Numbered from the whole stretch's first letter, positions 38,401-48,001 are shown. The stretch: 63,970 nt of DNA, filler included, from an uncultured bacterium (GCA_964609495.1; 4 parts of 4 records of this genome joined end to end with filler, not necessarily neighbours in it); one strand, 5' to 3'. The notes: generated from the sequence alone by a model not told the origin. Program-made: numbers and translations.

Positions 38401-40935
38401 TTAGGGAAAACCTTTAAGAGCACTATCTAGCTCTATGATCGCCCGAATATTCTTTCGAGCGTGATCTGCTAATCTGCTATCAGGGGAGAGGGCGATATAA
38501 CGTTCCCATTGCTTTATAGCCTCTTCATATTCCTGATTACGGCTGTATACTAGCCCCAGATAATAATAGCCCTCTATATGGCTAGGACTCAACCTTAGAG
38601 CCTCTTTATAGCTCGATATAGCGGAGTCGAAATTATTCTGTTTGTAGAATACATGTCCTAGATCAATATATACATCGGCCTGAGAGGGATCTACCTGAAT
38701 AGCCTTGTAGTATTCTTGCTCAGCTTCTTGGTGTCTCCCCTGCTTGTAATAAACCTCTCCCAAGTGATAACGGGCGAGGGGATAGGTAGGAACTAAATTG
38801 ATGGCTTTCATATACTCCTCTATCGCCTTCTCATACAGGTTCATAAGCTGATAGGTGAAACCGAGCTCGGTATGCACCGAGGCATAACGAGGGTCTAAAC
38901 GCAGAGCCTCCTCATACTCAACGATAGCTTCATCACGCTTCCCTCTATCTCGATAGATATTGGCTAAATTCTTACGAGCTAGTATGTGTTGAGGATTTAT
39001 CTTGAGCACTGTCTCAAATTGTACGATCGCTTCATCATCGTTATTCTGAAGATGATATATTTCTCCTAATATCAGACGAGCTTCAGTCATAGAAGGAGCT
39101 AAATTCAGAGCTTTTTGAGCTTCCTGAAGCGCCTCCTCGTAACGTCCTTGATCGCAATAATTATGGGCCAGAGTTATATAAACTCTCACCTCATCGGCGT
39201 TTACCGCCGGCGGTTCACCTTCTTCCTCTTCTAACTCCGCCATCTCGGCCAAGGCAGCTTCGAATTGGACTTCCTCATCGATCTCCCCTTCTTTCTGCGG
39301 AGGAAGAGCTCCCGAAGAAATTTTTTCAAAATCGAACTTATCAGGTTTAGAGGAGATAATTATATCTAAGATATCGACCTTCAGATTTATCCCTAAGCGA
39401 AATTGAATCGTCTTATAAAAAGGACCTGTCTCCATCGCCAACTTGGTCTCTCTAAGTGATTCTTCATATCTTCCCAAGTGACTCAAAGCAAAGCCCAAAT
39501 TATAATGAGCCTCGACGTAACGAGGTCTTATCTCCAAAGCTTTTATGAATTCAATCCTAGCCTCATTATATTTACCTGTGATCATATAGGCGACTCCTAA
39601 GCTGTTGTGGGCTAAGGGAGAGCGATCGTTTATCTCGAGGGAAGCTCTGTAGGATTCTATCGCTTTCTCAAAATCTCCTCTCTCACTATATATAACTCCG
39701 AGGTTGAGATGAGCCTCGGCACAGCGCTCATTTAAAGCGATAGCTCTCTGAAAAGCCTCTATACCTCTTCCCACCTCTCCTGACTGGCAGTAAATCACTC
39801 CTAAGTTATTATGACCGATCGCATATTCTGGAGAAGCTCTGAGAGTTATCTCATACTCCTCCTTGGCTTCAGCTATTCTCCCCTGTCGGTGATAGATCAC
39901 CCCTAGATCATTATGGGCCTCGGGAGAGTCGGAATCGATCTGAATTGCCTTGTGATATAGTTTCTCAGCTTCGTTATCAAGTCCACGCAGTAGATAAACA
40001 GCTCCCATATCGCGATAGACTGTGCTTACCTCAGGGTCCACCTGTAAGGCTTTCTCAAATTCGCCCATCGCTTCTTCGAGTAGTCCTCGATTAGCGTAGG
40101 CTATTCCTAGATTGTAATGAGCTCGGAAGCTATCCGTCTTGGCTCGATAGGCCTCCTCTATCTCCTCTATCTGTCGGGAATATCCCCGATCTCCGATGCC
40201 CAAGTTAGCTTGAGGTTCGGCATAGGAGTGATCTAGCTCCATTGCTAAATTATACTCCCTCATCGCCTCATCGAGCATCCCTTTCTCTCCATAGACGAAA
40301 CCAAGGCGGAAGTGGGTATCAGCCCAATCGGGATCTAATTGAAGGGCGATCTTAAACTCCGCGATCGCCTTATCATACATACCTTGACTGTAATATATCT
40401 CTCCTAGTTGATTGTGGATGGTTGGGGAGTCAGAGCCTAATTCGAGGGCTTTCCTGTATTCCTCGATAGCCTCCTCATATCTCCCCAAGCTCTTGAAGAC
40501 TGTTCCCAGATCATGATGAGCAGAAGCATAACTTGGCAGAAGCTCGATGGTCTTTTGAAACTCCCGGACCGCTTCTCGAAGTCTTCCCGCTTCCTTATAA
40601 GTTCGTCCTAGTTGATAGTAGGCCTCATAATCACCGGGATTCTTAGCCACCACCATTCGGTATTCTCCGATAGCTTGATCATATCTACCGGTTTCCCTAT
40701 AGACCGTGGTCAGGTTATCCTTAGCCAGGGTATAATCAGGATCTATATCCAACGCCTTTTTGAAAGCCTCTATCGCCTCGTCATACATTCCCCGGTTGTA
40801 ATATACCACCCCTAAATTATTATGAGAACCAGCATCCCTGGGGTCTATCCTCTCCGCGAAGCTACGCAGGATCTCCCTTTCATCCTCGTTAATACTGATT
40901 TCTTCATCTGTTTTATCTCTTCCGCTAGTCGCCAT
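38401..40935 (-). CDS. Large multi-TPR protein
   Basis: About 20 TPR motifs (HNNLGV, AHYNLG) in blocks separated by an acidic linker. Confidence 0.9.
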   Translation of the reverse strand: MATSGRDKTDEEISINEDEREILRSFAERIDPRDAGSHNNLGVVYYNRGMYDEAIEAFKKALDIDPDYTLAKDNLTTVYRETGRYDQAIGEYRMVVAKNPGDYEAYYQLGRTYKEAGRLREAVREFQKTIELLPSYASAHHDLGTVFKSLGRYEEAIEEYRKALELGSDSPTIHNQLGEIYYSQGMYDKAIAEFKIALQLDPDWADTHFRLGFVYGEKGMLDEAMREYNLAMELDHSYAEPQANLGIGDRGYSRQIEEIEEAYRAKTDSFRAHYNLGIAYANRGLLEEAMGEFEKALQVDPEVSTVYRDMGAVYLLRGLDNEAEKLYHKAIQIDSDSPEAHNDLGVIYHRQGRIAEAKEEYEITLRASPEYAIGHNNLGVIYCQSGEVGRGIEAFQRAIALNERCAEAHLNLGVIYSERGDFEKAIESYRASLEINDRSPLAHNSLGVAYMITGKYNEARIEFIKALEIRPRYVEAHYNLGFALSHLGRYEESLRETKLAMETGPFYKTIQFRLGINLKVDILDIIISSKPDKFDFEKISSGALPPQKEGEIDEEVQFEAALAEMAELEEEEGEPPAVNADEVRVYITLAHNYCDQGRYEEALQEAQKALNLAPSMTEARLILGEIYHLQNNDDEAIVQFETVLKINPQHILARKNLANIYRDRGKRDEAIVEYEEALRLDPRYASVHTELGFTYQLMNLYEKAIEEYMKAINLVPTYPLARYHLGEVYYKQGRHQEAEQEYYKAIQVDPSQADVYIDLGHVFYKQNNFDSAISSYKEALRLSPSHIEGYYYLGLVYSRNQEYEEAIKQWERYIALSPDSRLADHARKNIRAIIELDSALKGFP

Positions 40936-40957
40936 CTTTTATCAACTTCCCTATCTA

Positions 40958-41095
40958 CTATAGTTTCGCATTTTTTGAAGACGCTAAACTGAAAACTCGG
41001 TATCTAAGCGGATTTTTGAATATGGGGTATATGTGATACAAACCTTACAAAAACCCGCATTAATAGTAGATGTTTAAAAATCTGCGAAAGTATAG
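40958..41095. mobile_element. Family C MITE (138 bp), inverted relative to the 17897 copy
   Basis: TIRs CTATAGTTTCGCA/TGCGAAAGTATAG; 7-bp direct repeat CTATCTA at 40951-40957 and 41096-41102. Confidence 0.8.
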
Positions 41096-41151
41096 CTATC
41101 TAATAATATTATAAATTATAGTAAGTAGATCGAACAATTCCTCTAATAGAT

Positions 41152-41180
41152 ATTATACCACTTTCATCGCTCTTTTTCAA
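41152..41180 (-). promoter_or_regulatory. sigma70-type promoter for the TPR-Mgl module
   Basis: Minus strand TTGAAA-17bp-TATAAT. Confidence 0.65.
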
Positions 41181-41213
41181 CTCAGAGTTTTTATAATTTG
41201 GGAATCCTAGGGG

Positions 41214-41288
41214 TATCTTAGATCTTCTCATCAATTCTTGAAGTTTATCGGCTACCTCCTCAGCTAGATCTTGAGCAGAGGCACTCAT
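41214..41288 (-). pseudogene. 3' remnant of a methyl-accepting chemotaxis protein gene
   Basis: Reads MSASAQDLAEEVADKLQELMRRSKI, like the typical MCP C-terminus (SASAQELA.MAE.LQ.LV..FKI); begins 2 nt after the cheB stop. Confidence 0.65.
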
Positions 41289-41290
41289 CT

Positions 41291-42400
41291 TTATAAAGCC
41301 CGAAGTATCTCTGTGGCTATCTTATCTAAGGGAACTACTTTATCTATCTGGCCTGAGGCGATCGCTGATTTGGGCATTCCGAATACCACACAGGAGTCAC
41401 GATCTTGAGCTATTGTTCTACCTCCTCTTCTCTTTATCTCTCTTATCCCTTCGGTCCCATCCCTCCCCATTCCGGTGAGAATTACTCCCGCGCTATTACT
41501 TCCATAGACTTCAGCTACCGAGGCCATAGTTATATCCACGGCTGGTCTTACTCCTAAATGTAAGGGTCCTTGATTTAGGGTAGCGTTGATCTCATAATTT
41601 TCTTGCTCATTTATCCTTCCTGTAACTTCTAAGTGGTAGTTCCCAGGGGCTACCAAAACTCTCCCAGGGAGAACTGTATCTCCCTCCGTCGCCTCCTTGA
41701 CCTCGAGCTGAGATCTTTCGTTCAAACGTTCCGCTAGCGATCTGGTAAAACCAGGGGGCATATGCTGAACTACGATAATCCCGGTCTCGATATCAGCAGG
41801 AAGCTTAGCTAATATTTGGATAAGGGCGCGTGGTCCTCCAGTCGAGGCTCCGATAACTACGGCCTTATTTTTTGTTGTTCTTTCTCTCTCGATTGATACT
41901 GGTTTGGTGAGAACTTCTTCCTCTTTATGATCTAACTTCCTCACCTCAATATTGGCTGCTGTTCTCACCTTGGAGATGAGATTATCCATCACTCGAGAAA
42001 TATCCAGGGATATCTCTCCCGAGGGCTTAGGCACGAAATCGACTGCCCCTAATTCCAGCGATTTTATTGTGGCTTGAGCATCGATTCTGGTATGGGCGCT
42101 TAACATAATAACTGGAGTAGGGAACTCCTTCATAATGTGCTTAAGAGTGCTTATCCCGTCCAGGCGAGGCATCTCTATATCTAAAGTGATGACATCGGGT
42201 CTTAATTGTAGTATCTTTTCCAGGGCATCCTCTCCATTTCTAGCTGTGGCGATAACCTCGATATCTGGATAGGAGTTAAGCATATCTGATACAACCGTCC
42301 TTATGAAAGCCGAGTCATCTACAACTAGAACCCTTATCTTGTTTCTCACAGGAGGGTAGCTCTCCTCTCCACTCCTCTGCATTCTATTCACAGTTCCCAC
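41291..42400 (-). CDS. cheB: Chemotaxis methylesterase response regulator
   Basis: REC domain (VVDDS, LDIEMP); GASTGGP, VQHMP and LTGMGRDG. Confidence 0.96.
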   Translation of the reverse strand: MGTVNRMQRSGEESYPPVRNKIRVLVVDDSAFIRTVVSDMLNSYPDIEVIATARNGEDALEKILQLRPDVITLDIEMPRLDGISTLKHIMKEFPTPVIMLSAHTRIDAQATIKSLELGAVDFVPKPSGEISLDISRVMDNLISKVRTAANIEVRKLDHKEEEVLTKPVSIERERTTKNKAVVIGASTGGPRALIQILAKLPADIETGIIVVQHMPPGFTRSLAERLNERSQLEVKEATEGDTVLPGRVLVAPGNYHLEVTGRINEQENYEINATLNQGPLHLGVRPAVDITMASVAEVYGSNSAGVILTGMGRDGTEGIREIKRRGGRTIAQDRDSCVVFGMPKSAIASGQIDKVVPLDKIATEILRAL

Positions 42401-42873
42401 TTGCCTTTTTTAACAGATCTAACTACTACTAAACCATTCTCGGTGAAGAATTCAAGAGAGCGGCCATAGTTCCCTCCGGTATCCTCAGCAACTATGTCGA
42501 TTTCTTTATTATTTAATATCTTTTTAACTGCCAGGATATTTCTCCCTCCTATACTTTTCATTCTGTTATTCATAGTTGAGGAGAACATACTCGCTCCTCC
42601 TACTAATTTAGCCTTTATTCTCCTCTGAGAGGCTCTTAGTATCATCATCTCCTCGATCATAAGATCAATCGCTAGATCAGCGAACTTCGCTGGATATTTC
42701 CTCTTATTCGATATAGAACTATCTGGTAACATTATATGAGCTAATCCCCCCAACTTCTTGAGGGGGTCGTATAACATGACCGCTACGCAGGAGCCTAGTC
42801 CATAGGTTACTAAAATATTGGGACTTTGGGTAACCTTAATTTCTGATGATTTTACCCTTAATATCTCTCTCAT
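42388..42873 (-). CDS. cheD: Chemoreceptor glutamine deamidase
   Basis: TYGLGSCVAV, GGLAHIMLP, AKLVGGASMF and EDTGG..GR. Confidence 0.95.
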   Translation of the reverse strand: MREILRVKSSEIKVTQSPNILVTYGLGSCVAVMLYDPLKKLGGLAHIMLPDSSISNKRKYPAKFADLAIDLMIEEMMILRASQRRIKAKLVGGASMFSSTMNNRMKSIGGRNILAVKKILNNKEIDIVAEDTGGNYGRSLEFFTENGLVVVRSVKKGKWEL

Positions 42874-42910
42874 CTAAAATTATTACTCCTCTTTCCGCCC
42901 CAATCTTTAT

Positions 42911-42957
42911 AAAAAACCGGCGTGAAAACCCCTACCCTTGTGGTAGGGGTGGTTGAC
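42911..42957 (-). mobile_element. 47-bp solo-hairpin remnant of an IscB-type IS200/IS605 element
   Basis: Minus strand GTCAACCACCCCTACCACAAGGGTAGGGGTTTTCACGCCGGTTTTTT then ATAAA; joins both end motifs of the 57730-59238 element through one shared hairpin. Confidence 0.8.
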
Positions 42958-42961
42958 TATC

Positions 42962-43795
42962 TTAGGAAAGCCTCTTCCTGAATACTCTCTCCCTATTATT
43001 TACCCTTTCAAATAGGTTGACCGCTCTCCCCACTAGGGTCTCGACCTTTCCCAATACCAGATATCCTCCCGCTCTTAAGCAAGATAGAAAATCCAAGAAG
43101 AGCCTCTCCTGTAATTCTCGAGAGAAGTAGATCACTACATTACGACATAGGATCATATCGAGATTGGTGGGTCCCATCTCCGAAATCAAGTCCGATTTCC
43201 GAAAATCCACCATTTTCTTTATCTCATCTTTTAATATATATTCCCCCCTCCTGCCTGGAGAAAAGTATTTGCTAAGTAGGTTGGGAGATAAATTATCCGT
43301 GCCATAGGCTTGATATACTCCATTTCTCGCTCGCTCGATGCTGGCATCATCTATGTCTGTGCCCCAGATCTTAATATTATAACTTTCTCGTTTTTTGGCG
43401 GATAGCAACTCTTTTAGCAAAATAGCTAGAGAGTATGGCTCTTCCCCTGCCGCACATCCCGCGCTCCAGATTCTAATTGAAGTCATCGCTTCGAATCTCT
43501 TTTCCGCGATTAATTCGGGCAGGATATTTTCATAGAGGAAATCGAAGGTCTCTGGATTGCGGAAGAACTCTGTTACATTGATCGTTAAGGAGTCCAAGAG
43601 TTTGTCATACTCGTCAGGATTCTTATCTAAGATATTCATATACTCTCGATAAGAGCTCACCTTATTAGCTCTCATTCGGACTGCGATCCTGCGTTTCTGA
43701 CATTTATCCTTATAAAGCGAACAGTTGAAGCCTCTATCTCTTTTTATCTTCTGTTGAAGAAGCTCAAATTCCCTTTTATCATCAACTATATCCAT
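42962..43795 (-). CDS. cheR: Chemotaxis methyltransferase
   Basis: TINVTEFFRN, IWSAGCAAGEEPYS and CRNVVIYF. Confidence 0.96.
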   Translation of the reverse strand: MDIVDDKREFELLQQKIKRDRGFNCSLYKDKCQKRRIAVRMRANKVSSYREYMNILDKNPDEYDKLLDSLTINVTEFFRNPETFDFLYENILPELIAEKRFEAMTSIRIWSAGCAAGEEPYSLAILLKELLSAKKRESYNIKIWGTDIDDASIERARNGVYQAYGTDNLSPNLLSKYFSPGRRGEYILKDEIKKMVDFRKSDLISEMGPTNLDMILCRNVVIYFSRELQERLFLDFLSCLRAGGYLVLGKVETLVGRAVNLFERVNNRERVFRKRLS

Positions 43796-43811
43796 AGTTC
43801 TCCCTAAATGT

Positions 43812-44423
43812 CTATTCTAATTGCATTGATTTAAGGATATTGTTTAAGGAATTGAGGTTAGGCATCAGGAGAAAGTATCCCCGAATATCTTTATTACGTT
43901 TCCCAGGGAAGATGAAGTGGGTCTCGATGCAAAAGACTCTATCCTCCTTCAGGTCAGAGAAGGATAGATTCAAGATAGCTCCAGGGGCATCCACGATAAG
44001 ATTGGGAATGGAGGGCAAAAGAGACATCTCAAGAAAGCTACTTAAGGCACTTAAATAAGAGCCTGAAAGGATATTAACAACCTCTTTAAGGGAGGATTGC
44101 TCCATCTCAGCTAGAATCGCTCTCTCATCTTCTCCTCCAAGAAGCATATTGACTAGGTTAATAGCACAATCTCTGGGAAATAACATCAAGATCCTTCCGG
44201 TTATATCCCCAAACACGGAGAGCATAACGCTCACGGCAAAAGAATCGGAGGAGGATCCCATTAGGCTTTGGCTCACCTCCTCTACGGGGATAAATATCAC
44301 TTGAGGTACATTGATCATCGTTCGTTCTCCAGTGAGTTCAGACAGAGCTGTAGCGGCATGGCCAGCTCCGATATTTCCCACCTCTCGGAGGGCATCTAGC
44401 TGTAATTTTTCCAACCTCCTCAT
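43812..44423 (-). CDS. cheC: CheC phosphatase
   Basis: DALREVGNIGAGHAATALS and SSLKEVVNIL. Confidence 0.95.
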   Translation of the reverse strand: MRRLEKLQLDALREVGNIGAGHAATALSELTGERTMINVPQVIFIPVEEVSQSLMGSSSDSFAVSVMLSVFGDITGRILMLFPRDCAINLVNMLLGGEDERAILAEMEQSSLKEVVNILSGSYLSALSSFLEMSLLPSIPNLIVDAPGAILNLSFSDLKEDRVFCIETHFIFPGKRNKDIRGYFLLMPNLNSLNNILKSMQLE

Positions 44424-44445
44424 AAGTCACTCTCCTTAAAAGTAT

Positions 44446-46449
44446 TTAGAGCAGGCTCTTTATATCTAGAATCAAGGATGGACTACCATCTCCCAGAATA
44501 GTCACTCCGGCAAAACCTTTGACCTCGGATAGGATTTTCCCCAGAGACTTTATAACGATCTCCTGCTGGTCAACTAAAGAATCTACTATCAATCCCCCTC
44601 TCCTATTACCTATCTCCACCACTACCACGGAGAGAGGATATCGTTCCTCCTGCTGGCATCCGAAAACATCGCTTAATTTAAGGAGAGGGACAACCATCCC
44701 CCTCCACAGTATGACCTTCTGCCCCTTAACGGTTTTTATATCATCTTTATACACATCTATGACCTCTCCGACGTGAGAGAGAGAAATAGCATATACCTCT
44801 TCTCCTATCCTGATAAGCATCGCCGGGATGATAGCTAAGGTGAGAGGTAACCTCATTGTGAATTTGCTGCCCTTTCCCAGAGAAGAGCTTATCTCTAGGT
44901 TGCCTCCCAGATCTCTCAGCTTAGCCATAACTATATCCATCCCCACCCCCCGTCCTGAGACATCTGTTACTTCCTTCGCGGTGGAGACACCAGGTATAGT
45001 TATTAGCATCAGGATCTCCTCTTCGGTCAACTGAGAGGCTTCCTCGGGAGTAATAGCTCTTTTCTCTAAAGCTACTTTGAGTAATAGATCGGGATCCATT
45101 CCCCGTCCATCATCCTCTACGGTGATGAGTATCTCGTTTCGAGTCCGCTCTGCCCGAAGCCATATCACCCCCCTGGGATATTTCCCCTTCGCCGTTCTCT
45201 CCACTATCGGCTCGATCCCGTGATCTATAGAGTTGCGTATCAGGTGAATCAAGGGATCTCCGATCTGCTCGAGAATAGTTCGATCTACCTCTATCTCCCT
45301 CCCCTCGATTACAAGTTCTATCTCCTTTCCCTTCTCCCTAGCAAAGTCCCTGACCATCCTTGGAAATCTATCGAATATCTGTAAAATTGGGACCATTCTG
45401 ACTCGCATAACCTCATCCTGAAGATTAGAGGTCAGTCTTGAGACATATATCAGTAACTCGTTTAATTCCTCCAGATTATACTTGGATCCTACTTGAACTA
45501 GTCTGCTTTTATATATTACTAATTCCTCCACCAGCCTCATCAGGTCATCCAGATACTCAATGTTGACCTGCACCCTACTACTGACTTTGAAGGTTGGTGT
45601 TAACTTCTCGACTCTCGGCTGAGGTCCTAAGACTTCTCCTCCAACAGGTGCCGATACCTTATTGATCATCTCCTCTGTCTTGGGAGGAGGCAACTCTTCT
45701 ACTTCTAGAGGAGTGATCAAAACCTCATGGACCTCGGGAATGGGATTCAGAGATTTCTGGAGGCTCTCTTGATCCTTCTCAGTAACAAAATAGACTTCGA
45801 AGCCCAGCTCATAGCTAACATCGAAATCTTCGCTTTCGATGAAACTTCGGGCTGGACTCGATCCTATAATCTCTCCCCACTCTTCGAGGCTTTTAAAGAT
45901 CATATAAGCTCTAACGGATTTAAATGCACAGTTAACCTCTAAAGTTATCTCTATCTTAAAAGCAGTCCTTCCTTTTTCCTCTGCCTTTTCCAAAGCCTTC
46001 TGTTCAACAGGACTCAGTTTGATCTTTGCTTGAGGCCCTTCTCTTTGTCCCACTTCTTTTATTAGGCTTTGGGCCACTTTTAGCCTTCTTAATATAGAGG
46101 ATATATCGGATCTCTCCTCATTCCCAGTTTCCACCTCGTCGATAAGATTCTCTAAGTTATCCAAGGCATTGAAGATGATTTCTATAAGATCGGGCTCTGG
46201 TCTTCCTTTGCCACTGCGCCAGATATCAAAAATATTCTCTATCTCATGGGCTAGTTCCATTATCTTATCATATTTCATAGTTGCCGAACTGCCCTTTATC
46301 GTGTGAATTGAGCGGAATATCTCATCTATAATATCAGGTTGGCTGGGATTACCTTCCAACCTCACTAGAAGTTGATTTAGGAGTGATAGATTTTCTCGAG
46401 TTTCGTTTAAGAATATGTCTTTATAGCGGGAGACATCCATCAACTTCAC
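44446..46449 (-). CDS. cheA: Chemotaxis histidine kinase
   Basis: HPt HTIKG, HLIRNSIDHG, DDGRG, DVSGRGVGMD and a C-terminal CheW domain. Confidence 0.96.
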   Translation of the reverse strand: MKLMDVSRYKDIFLNETRENLSLLNQLLVRLEGNPSQPDIIDEIFRSIHTIKGSSATMKYDKIMELAHEIENIFDIWRSGKGRPEPDLIEIIFNALDNLENLIDEVETGNEERSDISSILRRLKVAQSLIKEVGQREGPQAKIKLSPVEQKALEKAEEKGRTAFKIEITLEVNCAFKSVRAYMIFKSLEEWGEIIGSSPARSFIESEDFDVSYELGFEVYFVTEKDQESLQKSLNPIPEVHEVLITPLEVEELPPPKTEEMINKVSAPVGGEVLGPQPRVEKLTPTFKVSSRVQVNIEYLDDLMRLVEELVIYKSRLVQVGSKYNLEELNELLIYVSRLTSNLQDEVMRVRMVPILQIFDRFPRMVRDFAREKGKEIELVIEGREIEVDRTILEQIGDPLIHLIRNSIDHGIEPIVERTAKGKYPRGVIWLRAERTRNEILITVEDDGRGMDPDLLLKVALEKRAITPEEASQLTEEEILMLITIPGVSTAKEVTDVSGRGVGMDIVMAKLRDLGGNLEISSSLGKGSKFTMRLPLTLAIIPAMLIRIGEEVYAISLSHVGEVIDVYKDDIKTVKGQKVILWRGMVVPLLKLSDVFGCQQEERYPLSVVVVEIGNRRGGLIVDSLVDQQEIVIKSLGKILSEVKGFAGVTILGDGSPSLILDIKSLL

Positions 46450-46489
46450 CTCGCCTTATTGGAAAATGAGAAATAGCTGATATCTCTAT

Positions 46490-46542
46490 TAAAAGGAAAC
46501 TTTTTAACCTTATATATGTTTGTCTGCAAAAGCTTCGTTTTT
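46490..46542 (-). repeat. Family A repeat, diverged intergenic copy between cheY and cheA
   Basis: Reverse complement AAAAACGAAGCTTTTGCAGACAAACATATATAAGGTTAAAAAGTTTCCTTTTA. Confidence 0.7.
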
Positions 46543-46560
46543 CCTGGGCTTTTATGAGGT

Positions 46561-46923
46561 TCAACTCAAGATCCTTTGTAAAGCTTCTAATACTTTACTA
46601 GGCTGAAATGGCTTCACAATAAAATCCTTAGCTCCCGCCTGCAAGGCTTCTATTACTAGAGCCTGTTGCCCCATTGCACTACACATTATTATCTTAGCTT
46701 GAGGATCATATTCAATTATTTCACTGGCAGCTTCTATGCCTCCCATATCGGGCATAATTATATCCATAGTTACTACATCTGGCTTTAGCTCTTTGTACTT
46801 TCCTACCGCCTCGATCCCCGTCCCAGCTTCACCTACTACTTCATAACCGTCTCTTTTCAATATATCTCTTATCATAGATCTCATGAAGAGAGCGTCATCA
46901 ACTATCAATACTCTCCGACCCAT
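46561..46923 (-). CDS. cheY: Chemotaxis response regulator
   Basis: VDDALFMR, TMDIIMP, CSAMGQ and FIVKPF. Confidence 0.95.
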   Translation of the reverse strand: MGRRVLIVDDALFMRSMIRDILKRDGYEVVGEAGTGIEAVGKYKELKPDVVTMDIIMPDMGGIEAASEIIEYDPQAKIIMCSAMGQQALVIEALQAGAKDFIVKPFQPSKVLEALQRILS

Positions 46924-46929
46924 AAGTTG

Positions 46930-47478
46930 CTAAGCCTCCTCTTTAAAGGATTCGATCTTGTTAATATTAATATCAGGTGGCTGAGAACTCCCCGCTAGAT
47001 CGCTAGATTTTTCTCTGAAAGTTTCTTCTCTAACAGTGAGCACTCTTTCCATATCCAGAAGGATCAATAATCTTCCATTCAACTTGCCGACTCCCTCGAT
47101 GAAAGTGATATCTACTGAGCTAGATATGAAGGAGGGAGCAAAATCTATACTCTCCTTTGGTATCCACTCCACTCCTATGATGCGGGGGACGAGCATCCCA
47201 ACTCTCTGATCCTCCATATCTATCACTATTATCATCGTATCCTCCCCATATTCAGTTTTAGGGAGGCCTAACCTCCCTTCTAGATCTATAACCGAGATCA
47301 CATCTCCTCTTAAATTAAATAGTCCCTTTATGAATTCGGGCGCTCGTGGCACTCGGGTGATCTTCCCGATATCGCTTATCTCTTTAACTTGGGTAAGTCT
47401 AACCCCGAATTCCTCTCGACCGATCTCGAATACCAGCACTTGCACCCTTTCCTCTTCTCTTTCCTCTCTGTTGGGCAA
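46930..47478 (-). CDS. cheW: Chemotaxis coupling protein
   Basis: ITRVPRAPEFIKGLFNLRG. Confidence 0.92.
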   Translation of the reverse strand: MPNREEREEERVQVLVFEIGREEFGVRLTQVKEISDIGKITRVPRAPEFIKGLFNLRGDVISVIDLEGRLGLPKTEYGEDTMIIVIDMEDQRVGMLVPRIIGVEWIPKESIDFAPSFISSSVDITFIEGVGKLNGRLLILLDMERVLTVREETFREKSSDLAGSSQPPDININKIESFKEEA

Positions 47479-47512
47479 ATCCGATCCCTCCTTGGTTACA
47501 AGCCTAGGGGAG

Positions 47513-48001
47513 TTAAGATAACTCTAAATTTCTCAATTGACCTATCTCCTTAACGGTCAGAACTCTTCTTATGTTTAGAAGAAGTAGCAGATGATCTTCT
47601 AACTTAACTACTCCCTCGACAAAACGAGTTTTTGGCTCTTGTAGGATAACAGTTGGAGGGGGAGATATATCTTCAGTTGGCAGATTCAAAATTTTAGTAA
47701 CCTTATCGACAAGCACCCCTGCTTTACGCCCCCCAAAGTTAACTACTATTATTACCTTACGCTCATCTTCTTGCTTTCCGGAAACCATTTCCAAACATCT
47801 TTTTAGATCGATTATAGGCATCCTCTGATCTCTTATATTTGCTATGCCTTTTAGGAAATATAGAGGCTCTGGGGAAGGTTCTGTCTCAGTCAGCTCAACT
47901 ATAGCTTCGATCTGATCTATCCTCATACTGAACTCCTCATCACCAAGCTCAAATAATACTATCTGTCTCCTAGATAAAGTAGATCTTTTATACGGAGTTA
48001 T
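47513..48001 (-). CDS. cheW: Second CheW; the domain extends upstream of the ATG at 47926 to a possible ATA start
   Basis: Upstream in-frame RRQIVLFELGDEEF is the CheW first strand; SD GGAGG lies 9 nt before ATA at 48001-47999; FLKGIANIRD. Confidence 0.7.
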   Translation of the reverse strand: MTPYKRSTLSRRQIVLFELGDEEFSMRIDQIEAIVELTETEPSPEPLYFLKGIANIRDQRMPIIDLKRCLEMVSGKQEDERKVIIVVNFGGRKAGVLVDKVTKILNLPTEDISPPPTVILQEPKTRFVEGVVKLEDHLLLLLNIRRVLTVKEIGQLRNLELS

